Shown: one piece after another, positions 56,564 to 64,000 of the stretch
Layout: every line of letters begins with the position of its first letter
Numbering within the stretch: the first letter of the stretch is position 1
The notes under the pieces: generated by a model
What the model was told of the DNA's origin: nothing
Seen by the model: only the letters and a program-made list of their open reading frames with translations
The model's database searches: none
Origin: a virus
Taxonomy: Duplodnaviria > Caudoviricetes
Virus record (IMG/VR): IMGVR_UViG_3300047272_000250
Span: 1-64,000 of that record
Strand: one strand, 5' to 3'
Length of the DNA stretch: 64,000 nt
Translations under genes and position numbers: made by a program

Positions 56564-58416
56564 TACTTAATCCACATCCAAAGGTTTGTGTCGCTTCCCA
56601 AAGTTCCTGTTTGAGCATTCATATTGTAGGTTGCAGAGTCTCCGTAGACTTTACAGTTTGGCTCTGCTCCAATTGCTGAATTGTCGTCTGCTCCAAATTT
56701 AGTTTGTGCTTCATTACAGTCTTGTCCTGCACCTGTCGAAGAAGATCCCTGTGGAAGAATTGCAATTGATCCGTCGCCTGCAGCATTCCATCCAATTCCT
56801 GTTGCTGTACCATTGAGTCCATTCCACCAGTCACCCTGAATACCTTGTTTTGGTGCAGATCCACCATCGGAAAGGTTATTCCAAACTTGATTTACTTGGT
56901 AAGAGTACTTTAAGTTATAAGAATGGCTAAATTGCTTCATAGATTCACGGAATGTCTCAACATAAACGTTGCTCTGGTTTTTATTTACTGTTGTTGACCA
57001 GTTAATATTGTTTGAGCTATCTGTTACCCACCATTGTCTCCATGGTGTTGCAGTTGATGCATAATGGTAAAAGTCTGCGCTAGTTGCACTTGCACCAGAA
57101 CTTGATATAGAAGATGAAACTTGAAATCTAACAAATTTTGTATCCATAGTTCCAAAGTTTGCGCTAAAACAATTTCTAGGAGTAGTTCCATCAAAGACGC
57201 CTCCGTCAGTTGTAGCCTGGATTGACCATCTAGATGCCTGGCTCCATGAGCCAACCAACATCCAGCCAGCCTTTCCAGTAGTTGGATCTACTGTTGAAAG
57301 ATCAACGTAAACTTGCTTAGCTCCTTGACTTGTAGACACATAATAAAGACCGCTTGTTCTATATCCATAGTCCCAAAGCTCGACTCCGTTAATAGCTGGT
57401 GCTGCTTGAGTTCCAATGTTTGGAAGCATGGTAAATTCTCTATCAATAGTGTTTCCGCCTGCATCTACAGCTCTTATTGTAAATACTTTTACTTCTTTTA
57501 ATGTAGCTGTTCCAGATATAACACCAGTTTCTTGATCTAATGATAATCCAGTAGGAAGAGTTCCAGCAATGATTGAGTAGTCTATATCTGTTGACTCAGA
57601 GTCAGTTGCTAATAAAGTTGTAGAATAAGCAGAGTTAACATTATAAGATGGCAATGTTGCTGATGTTGTCCAGTTTGGTGTTGTTCCTGCTGTAACCGCA
57701 TTATTTAATATATGTAAAGATGATCCTGTTGGTCTAGTAATTCCTGGGTTTTCAACGATAACCTTGTAGCTGCCTAATGTTGTTGGAAAATTATCTGGTC
57801 TAGTTACTATAAGAGAACTGGAAGAAGATCTTACTACTGATTTAGCAGCTCTTTCAACATTATCAGAACCCATAAAGTATACTGCTACGTTTGAGGCAAA
57901 ATTTCCTCCAGATACTACAGTAGTATCGTCAATAGAGTTTAATGCTGTTGGTGTTACTGATGTAACAAAGGCTCCAGCAGTAATTTCTGCAGTTGTATTG
58001 GCTGCAGTAAATGTTGTTTTATAGCTAAAGGAAAGTAGATCTCCTTGAGTTCCGCCAACAATTACTATTTTATTAAAATTTCCTGTTGCGTTTAGGGATG
58101 GAGACTTAGTATATCCAACATTTTGACCAGCTGTATTGTATACATATATGTCATATGTTGCATCACCTAGAGATGAATTGATTGTATATGCACCTTCAAA
58201 ATATTCCTTTGTAAATGTAGCAGTTGTTATTGTTCCGCTAAGTGTTACGTTAAAGTCGTTTGCACCTGTTGCTGGAAGCCATCCAGATGCCGTATAAATT
58301 TCTTGTACACCCAGTGTACCATTATAAAAGGTTTGACCAATTTGTGGGCTTGCTGGTCTCTCTGAGGTTGGTCCAAAAGGTACTCCACCTAAACCAGATG
58401 TTCTAATATCTCCCAT
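56563..58416 (-). CDS. Modular fibre/adhesin with IPT, Ig and fibrinogen-like C-terminal domain
   Basis: GGVPFG...RP, LPTGLSLD..TGVISGT, SGLYYV...VYVDL...GWMLV; start re-called at MGDIRTSG. Confidence 0.78.
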   Translation of the reverse strand: MGDIRTSGLGGVPFGPTSERPASPQIGQTFYNGTLGVQEIYTASGWLPATGANDFNVTLSGTITTATFTKEYFEGAYTINSSLGDATYDIYVYNTAGQNVGYTKSPSLNATGNFNKIVIVGGTQGDLLSFSYKTTFTAANTTAEITAGAFVTSVTPTALNSIDDTTVVSGGNFASNVAVYFMGSDNVERAAKSVVRSSSSSLIVTRPDNFPTTLGSYKVIVENPGITRPTGSSLHILNNAVTAGTTPNWTTSATLPSYNVNSAYSTTLLATDSESTDIDYSIIAGTLPTGLSLDQETGVISGTATLKEVKVFTIRAVDAGGNTIDREFTMLPNIGTQAAPAINGVELWDYGYRTSGLYYVSTSQGAKQVYVDLSTVDPTTGKAGWMLVGSWSQASRWSIQATTDGGVFDGTTPRNCFSANFGTMDTKFVRFQVSSSISSSGASATSADFYHYASTATPWRQWWVTDSSNNINWSTTVNKNQSNVYVETFRESMKQFSHSYNLKYSYQVNQVWNNLSDGGSAPKQGIQGDWWNGLNGTATGIGWNAAGDGSIAILPQGSSSTGAGQDCNEAQTKFGADDNSAIGAEPNCKVYGDSATYNMNAQTGTLGSDTNLWMWIK

Positions 58417-60272
58417 TATCCAACCTTCCATCCATAAGTAGCTCCAGTATAAAGTAATGTATACCAGCCACCGTTATTGTCAATTATTAAATTGCCAGTC
58501 CCGCCATTTATTTTATTGCCGTTTCTAGCCACAGTTATATTATACGTTGAAGCATTGCCTGAAGCATCTACTAGCTGAATTTCATCATTAAGCGCAGGTG
58601 TTGCAGGAAGTGTAAGTGTAAGCGCAGAAGCTGATGTAACAAAATATCTTTTCTTGGCTACTAGGTTAGTATTAGCAGATATTGATAATGGGGCTACTGA
58701 AGTATTAGCTGCAAGAAGTGCATCTGTCTCTGCCTGTGTATATGTATCTACTGAATTAAAATTAGTTACTGTGATTACATCTATGATGTCCCCCGCCGCT
58801 GCATCTGCAGCCAATACGACTGTGTGCTCTGTAGGGGTTGTGTAGTCTGTAGTGCGAAGTAAAAGAATGCCATTCATAAATACTTGCTCGTATCCAGGAA
58901 TGAACTGCACGTCTACTGTAAAAGTGTCTTGTTCTGCTACAGCTGTGAATGTCTGGCGACGAATGATATTCTTATCAAATACGTCTACCTCATCGTCTGA
59001 ATCAATCCAGATCTGCCCTACTTCTGGAGATGTTGGAGCAGTTGTTTGATAGAGAGCACCTGGTTGTGTAGATGCATCAATCTGATCAATAACGAAAGCT
59101 GTTGTAGCAATCTGTGTGCTATCTGTTCCTACCGCCGCTGTAGGGGCTGTAGGTGTGCCTGTAAGGGCGGGAGAAGCTAGAGGAGCCTTTGTCCCTAAAG
59201 CAGTAGTTACTGTAGCTGCAAATGAAGCATCATCATTAATAGCCGCTGCTAATTCATTTAAAGTATCTAGTGTTGCTGGAGCAGCATCTACAATTGCAGC
59301 AGCAGCTGCTGAAGCAGCATTATCTGCATAAGTCTTTGTAGCAAGCAAAGAAGTATCTGCTATACCGTGAATATTAGTTGTATCTGAATCGTGTGCTGTT
59401 AAATTAGTTTGGACTGCCGCCGCAGATCCTGCGGGATCAAACAAGTTATCAATTGTCTGATTAGACCATTGCCCAGTAGTAGAGTTATATCTAATTACTT
59501 GGTTGTTCTGCTTATTAGAAATAGCAACATCGTGAAGCTCATCTAATTCAAACCCGTTTTGAACCTTAACAAAGATAGATCCTGTATTTTGCTGTACTCT
59601 ACCAACTATACCAAGAAATACTAAGTGGTTTGGGGCTGCTGGCTTATTGGTTAGCCCGAAAATTAATTGTCCTGGAGTTGATCCTAGCCATACTGGATCT
59701 CCTGGTTGTGCTGTAGAGGTATCTAGTCCTTCTAGAAGACCCTCTGTTACTACCGTTCCAATTGCACCATTTGCGACGGTATCTTCCATAATTCCAAATG
59801 TCTTAGATGATGTTGACTCTGTTGTATTTGAAGAAAGAGAGACTCTTAGTTGTCCAGAAGCTCCAACTGCTCCAGATGCATATACTGCTTGACCCTTGTT
59901 TAAGGTTGCTCCAGTATTATTTACAACTTCCTGAGAGATCTTATTGGCTGTCCCGCCAAGACCTGTGAGTATTACCTGATTTGATACATCATCGTATACT
60001 GCTGTAAGGTTAACGTGGTTAGCATGGGTAAATAAAGATGCTGAAGCATCCTGAGCCATCTCATTTGTATAAGTAGGATTTACCTCAAGCTGGGAAACAC
60101 GGTAGTCTAAAGATGTAGTATTAGCAGAGCTATTAATTCCAACCTTAGCCTCTAGCGCTTCAATAGCGTCATTCGCATTAGCATGTTGCTGGGAATGCGA
60201 TGGAGCGTCGGTGGGATCAGTACTGGCGGGATTCGTCAGATTGTCCAGGGAATTAGGGAAATTAGTAGCCAT
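58416..60272 (-). CDS. Long fibre structural protein
   Basis: MATNFPNSLD, APATLDTLNELAAAINDD, APLASPALTGTPTAPT tail-fibre repeats. Confidence 0.82.
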   Translation of the reverse strand: MATNFPNSLDNLTNPASTDPTDAPSHSQQHANANDAIEALEAKVGINSSANTTSLDYRVSQLEVNPTYTNEMAQDASASLFTHANHVNLTAVYDDVSNQVILTGLGGTANKISQEVVNNTGATLNKGQAVYASGAVGASGQLRVSLSSNTTESTSSKTFGIMEDTVANGAIGTVVTEGLLEGLDTSTAQPGDPVWLGSTPGQLIFGLTNKPAAPNHLVFLGIVGRVQQNTGSIFVKVQNGFELDELHDVAISNKQNNQVIRYNSTTGQWSNQTIDNLFDPAGSAAAVQTNLTAHDSDTTNIHGIADTSLLATKTYADNAASAAAAAIVDAAPATLDTLNELAAAINDDASFAATVTTALGTKAPLASPALTGTPTAPTAAVGTDSTQIATTAFVIDQIDASTQPGALYQTTAPTSPEVGQIWIDSDDEVDVFDKNIIRRQTFTAVAEQDTFTVDVQFIPGYEQVFMNGILLLRTTDYTTPTEHTVVLAADAAAGDIIDVITVTNFNSVDTYTQAETDALLAANTSVAPLSISANTNLVAKKRYFVTSASALTLTLPATPALNDEIQLVDASGNASTYNITVARNGNKINGGTGNLIIDNNGGWYTLLYTGATYGWKVG

Positions 60273-60299
60273 ACTTCCTCAATTATACCTCAGATTCTG

Positions 60300-61010
60300 T
60301 TATTTATAGCTCTTCTTATTCCAGAACATATTCTTATAAGCCTCAAAAAATACAGATCTGACCGAATTTGAGCTCTTTAATGAATCTTTTGGATCATCAT
60401 TTATAGACATTTTCCAGTCTTCTCTTTTGAACGGGATTACCTGTGCTATCGGTGTTCCTGCTGGAATTATGATCTTTTCCTCTTTTGTATTAACGGTAAA
60501 GGGAAAGTTTGTTACATCATGAAATGAATCAGAATCAATAATTCCTGGGAAAATATTAATAATATTATTTCTATGCATTGGTGGTAATATCAAAGATGAG
60601 TAACCTGGTGAAGTTTTTACTGCCCAAAGATTTAATAACTTTGGCACATATGTATGCCTATTATTAACACCTGGGTGCCCAGTAACTTGACCAGCACTAT
60701 GTCCAACTATAACCTCTCCATAGTAAGGTGAGGTTACAAACTCATAAGAAATCCCATCCCATAAAATCTCTATATCGCAGTATGTCTTTAAAAGATAACC
60801 GCTAGATATGCTATCAAATACTGGCATGCATTTCTTTATGGTTGATAAGGTTTCACCTTTTCCAATGACAGCTTTATCTCCACCCATATAAGATGAGATA
60901 TTTTTATACCACTCTGGAATCTCTTTACTGGCTGGAACAGGAAAATATAAATCAGAGACTTTATCGCTTGTCTTAATAAACTCAATTTTTTTAATATTAT
61001 TTTTTTTCAT
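60300..61010 (-). CDS. Hypothetical protein, dUTPase-like beta fold (DUF6065-like)
   Basis: PEWYK, TIKKCMP, KTSPGYS, GIIDSD, IPAGTPIAQVIPFKR. Confidence 0.7.
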   Translation of the reverse strand: MKKNNIKKIEFIKTSDKVSDLYFPVPASKEIPEWYKNISSYMGGDKAVIGKGETLSTIKKCMPVFDSISSGYLLKTYCDIEILWDGISYEFVTSPYYGEVIVGHSAGQVTGHPGVNNRHTYVPKLLNLWAVKTSPGYSSLILPPMHRNNIINIFPGIIDSDSFHDVTNFPFTVNTKEEKIIIPAGTPIAQVIPFKREDWKMSINDDPKDSLKSSNSVRSVFFEAYKNMFWNKKSYK

Positions 61011-61018
61011 TTTATCCC

Positions 61019-61303
61019 TTAAATAAAGTGTTTGGTAATTGCGCCAATAGCCAGAATACTCCAGCCTACGTTAAAGTAGATAATAGTAGGCAAGGTCTTG
61101 ACTGTAGAAGTAAGGATCAAGGCAATGCTGGAAACTAAGGCAAATATATAATACCACCAAAACTGGATTCCAAAAAGTAGCCCAGGAATGATAATACTGA
61201 GCTTTGTGCTAAACGCCCAAAATTCAATTATATTTGTCTTAGTCCAGTAAGACCTTTGACCTAATTGCTTCGTTACTTCTAATATCTCTTTAGGAGTCAG
61301 CAT
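61019..61303 (-). CDS. Small membrane protein (about 3 TM)
   Basis: Hydrophobic stretches. Confidence 0.7.
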   Translation of the reverse strand: MLTPKEILEVTKQLGQRSYWTKTNIIEFWAFSTKLSIIIPGLLFGIQFWWYYIFALVSSIALILTSTVKTLPTIIYFNVGWSILAIGAITKHFI

Positions 61304-62882
61304 TATGGATATTTTCCTTCAGCCATTGATACATAGTAGGTGAAGCATCTGCTTCTTCCTGCCAAAGTTTACGGAATATATCCCATGTCTTCCAAGTCTC
61401 TTTACAGTATTCATAATAGTCAATACCGTCATAATGTTTCCATCTTTCTACGGTATGTTTATTAACAGGGAAATAATTTAGACCTGTAGCAATACAGTGA
61501 ATTCCACCTAGCCCATCGTATCTCTGTCTATTAATATGAAGATCTGCTAGATCATTGAATCCAACAACAGTAGAAGGATCTAGGGCAGGCACCTGTGGCT
61601 GATACTCTTTTTCAGTGATAGCTCTCCAATACTCTGTATCAGTTCTATTAGAAAGAGCATAGTGCTGAGCTACAAACTCCTTGAATCCAAGATACTGTCT
61701 GCGTGTTGTAGCATTGTATGCATCTCGATCCCATTGAGTAATAGTTCCTCTGGAGAGAGTTTTTACTAGCTTGTCCAAGAACTCGTGGACTGTAAATAGA
61801 CCATTAGATTCTAGTGGTTCAATAAATCCAGCAGCAAATCCAATAGCAACCACATTCTTTACAAATGTGCGTCTATGAATTCCTACCTTAAACTTAATAT
61901 AACGATATTCATAAGAGTCTACATCACGATTTGGATCATGGATAGTCATCTTGTCTGATCTTAGATGATTCTTGAATTGCTCTAGAGCTTCTTCCTTAGA
62001 TACAAATTTATCGCTAAATACGTAACCTGTTCCAATGCGTTCCCAGGAAGGGATATTCCAGACCCAGCCATTTTCAATTGCAGTACAGTTAGTGTATGGT
62101 TCCATCTCCTTTTCCTTATCTGTATAAGGAATACGTGTAGCCCATGCGCTATTATTTGGAAGCATGTGCTCAAAGTTATCGAATGGCTCACCTAGTGCTT
62201 CTTCTAGGAGCATAGACTTAAATCCAGTACAGTCAATAAATAGATCTGCAGTTAACTTTTCTCCAGTAGTAAGAGTTACTGATTCAACCCCTGATTCGCC
62301 CGTAGAGACTTCTGTCACTGTATCTGCAACTACTTTTACTCCACGAGGAATACAGTAGTTATTCTTTATCCACTGACCAAACTTAGTAGCATCAAAATGG
62401 TATGCAACATCTTGATTAAAGTTAAAGTTACCTAGCTTTCCTGACTCATTCCAAGATAGCTTGTTTTGCTCAGCCAAAGTAAGTGCTGGGTAAAAAGTAC
62501 GAGCATAATCTGCTACGTCTAGATCTGGAAACTTAGCCTTCTTAACATACCAGTCATTAAGATCATTTACTGTTCCGTCTAGGAACACCTTGCCAAATGG
62601 ATAGTGGAATCCACCAGCATCTTTCTTATAAAAATCTGTAAACTTAATAGACATCTTATATACAGCATCTGTTGCTGGCATAAAGTCTTTTTCATCAATA
62701 CCAATCCACTTTGCCCATCCAGTAATCCCGCCTAGTGTGGATTCTCCAACACCAATAATCGGATAATCTGGTGATTCAATTACAACAATTTCCTTATCTG
62801 GAAATGCTCTAACCATAGTAGCAGCGGACATCCATCCAGCTGACCCTCCACCAACAATAACAATCTTATTTAAATTAATCAT
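61290..62882 (-). CDS. Flavin-dependent tryptophan halogenase-family protein (PrnA/RebH-like)
   Basis: GGGSAG, IGVGEST, YKMSIKF (catalytic Lys position), FIDCTGF, WVWNIP, FIEPLES. Confidence 0.92.
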   Translation of the reverse strand: MINLNKIVIVGGGSAGWMSAATMVRAFPDKEIVVIESPDYPIIGVGESTLGGITGWAKWIGIDEKDFMPATDAVYKMSIKFTDFYKKDAGGFHYPFGKVFLDGTVNDLNDWYVKKAKFPDLDVADYARTFYPALTLAEQNKLSWNESGKLGNFNFNQDVAYHFDATKFGQWIKNNYCIPRGVKVVADTVTEVSTGESGVESVTLTTGEKLTADLFIDCTGFKSMLLEEALGEPFDNFEHMLPNNSAWATRIPYTDKEKEMEPYTNCTAIENGWVWNIPSWERIGTGYVFSDKFVSKEEALEQFKNHLRSDKMTIHDPNRDVDSYEYRYIKFKVGIHRRTFVKNVVAIGFAAGFIEPLESNGLFTVHEFLDKLVKTLSRGTITQWDRDAYNATTRRQYLGFKEFVAQHYALSNRTDTEYWRAITEKEYQPQVPALDPSTVVGFNDLADLHINRQRYDGLGGIHCIATGLNYFPVNKHTVERWKHYDGIDYYEYCKETWKTWDIFRKLWQEEADASPTMYQWLKENIHNADS

Positions 62883-62920
62883 ACATAACCTATTCTCTAA
62901 TAAAAAATCTCTCCATAAGT

Positions 62921-62950
62921 AGTATATACCTATTAAGAGATTCTTGTCAA
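62921..62950 (-). promoter_or_regulatory. Consensus promoter for the halogenase unit
   Basis: TTGACA-18 nt-TATACT. Confidence 0.75.
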
Positions 62951-62958
62951 TCTAATAT

Positions 62959-63252
62959 TTAAATTTGTGGAACCATCTTGACCCAAGAAAGGTCAGACTC
63001 ATTCCAGAAGTATGCAAAGCCATCATTAGGCTTTTCTGATGGAGCTGCCCATACATTATCTTCTAGTGTCCAAGAAGTATATGGCTTTGGATCAATAAAT
63101 CTAGATATAGATCTATTGTATGTCCCACCAATCACTGCTTCACCAGTTGACTCTGTAGAAATAACTTCATTATCGTTCAAGGTATGATCTTCATCTATAA
63201 TTATTACATTTAATACAAGATCATTCTCATTTAAAACTGCTGCTTTTATCAT
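62959..63252 (-). CDS. Small fibre-associated protein
   Basis: FIDPKPYTSW...WAAP..KP....YFWNE motif; follows a Gly-rich gene. Confidence 0.7.
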   Translation of the reverse strand: MIKAAVLNENDLVLNVIIIDEDHTLNDNEVISTESTGEAVIGGTYNRSISRFIDPKPYTSWTLEDNVWAAPSEKPNDGFAYFWNESDLSWVKMVPQI

Positions 63253-64000
63253 GCGTAGTACCTCAAAACAATTCCCCCTTGAACTCCAGGTGTTTGTCCA
63301 TCGTGATTAGAGTTTGCTCCCTGACCCCAGTTTCCAGCACCCTGTCCAGATGTTCCATTAATCTTAAGGTCATGGTTTGCCCCACCGCCACCTGCGCCAT
63401 AAAACTGATAATCTATTTGAGATAAATGTCCTGGGCCACCAACACCTTGAGCATTTGCAGGTTGATCTGATGCAGCTCCGCCTGCTCCACCGCCACCTGC
63501 GCCAGCATGCTGAGATGATTGATTGATATTTCCACCTCTGAAACCATACCCAACTGCAACTGTTGGAGATGTAACTGTTGGAGATGTTTGTGTTGGGCTT
63601 CCACCAGTTCTATTTCCTCCAGTACTTCCATTAGATGCAGCACCTGAACCATTTCCTCCAGAAACACCATCATTTCTTGGAGCTGGACCATAAGCGCCAC
63701 CAATTGCTGTTATAACCCCGTCTAAAACAGTGTTACCACCGTTTGAGTTATATGCTCCGCCTGCACCAATGCTCCAAGATGCCTGGTTATTTGATACTGG
63801 GTAATAAGAAAGATTAACTACTCCACCGCCACCTCCTCCACCACCGTGGTGATGTGCTCCACCGCCACCTGCAATTACATTTATATCAATTAAAGGCATT
63901 GCAGACTTTGGCAAAATCCAAGGATTTGAAGTATTTGTTGTTGCAGACTTATATACATAAGCGGTATATTTAGAATTATAAAGCCAGTCAACATATTTTG
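63249..64000 (-). CDS. Gly-rich domain fibre protein (5' truncated by the window edge)
   Basis: Frame is open to the window end; VIAGGGG...GGIVLRY domain like that of 52507..54099. Confidence 0.75.
   Translation of the reverse strand, partial: KYVDWLYNSKYTAYVYKSATTNTSNPWILPKSAMPLIDINVIAGGGGAHHHGGGGGGGGVVNLSYYPVSNNQASWSIGAGGAYNSNGGNTVLDGVITAIGGAYGPAPRNDGVSGGNGSGAASNGSTGGNRTGGSPTQTSPTVTSPTVAVGYGFRGGNINQSSQHAGAGGGGAGGAASDQPANAQGVGGPGHLSQIDYQFYGAGGGGANHDLKINGTSGQGAGNWGQGANSNHDGQTPGVQGGIVLRYYA

Noticed and set aside
52507-58416. Diversity-generating retroelement suggested by Mtd_N-like motifs
   Set aside because: No reverse transcriptase and no TR/VR repeat pair seen in this window
149-63187. 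All plus-strand ORFs in the track
   Set aside because: They are antisense shadows of well-supported minus-strand genes, with no motifs or RBS support
1-64000. Stop-codon reassignment, introns or inteins in core genes
   Set aside because: Core genes are full-length and uninterrupted under the standard bacterial code; no suppressor tRNA seen
1-64000. Integrase, repressor or endolysin
   Set aside because: None recognised in this window; lifestyle cannot be determined

Overview
This window is a 64-kb segment of a large tailed dsDNA phage (siphovirus-like: tape measure and tail tube, no sheath seen), roughly 40% GC by eye, with essentially all real genes on the minus strand. In transcription order (right to left) it carries: a cluster of modular Gly-rich/Ig/lectin fibre or adhesin genes with an inserted flavin-dependent (tryptophan-type) halogenase unit; portal, prohead protease, HK97 capsid, head-tail, tail tube, frameshifted tail chaperone, tape measure and tail tip genes; a replication/recombination block (DnaB, primase, gp32-like SSB, DnaE, MazG-like, RecA, Cas4-like nuclease, RuvC-like); terminase; and an accessory region with secreted/membrane proteins, three CCA-less tRNAs (Ile-UAU, Asn, Asp) and two HNH-family nucleases. 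Extended -10 promoters with leaderless starts and the gene content suggest an actinobacterial host, possibly freshwater (inference). The most notable items are: two leaderless nuclease genes fused to or overlapping the 5' end of tRNAs; an unexplained ~125-nt structured element right after tRNA-Ile(UAU); a gene-32-style pseudoknot in the SSB leader; a PA14/TolA-like membrane module; and the halogenase unit. All product calls come from motif recognition, not database searches.
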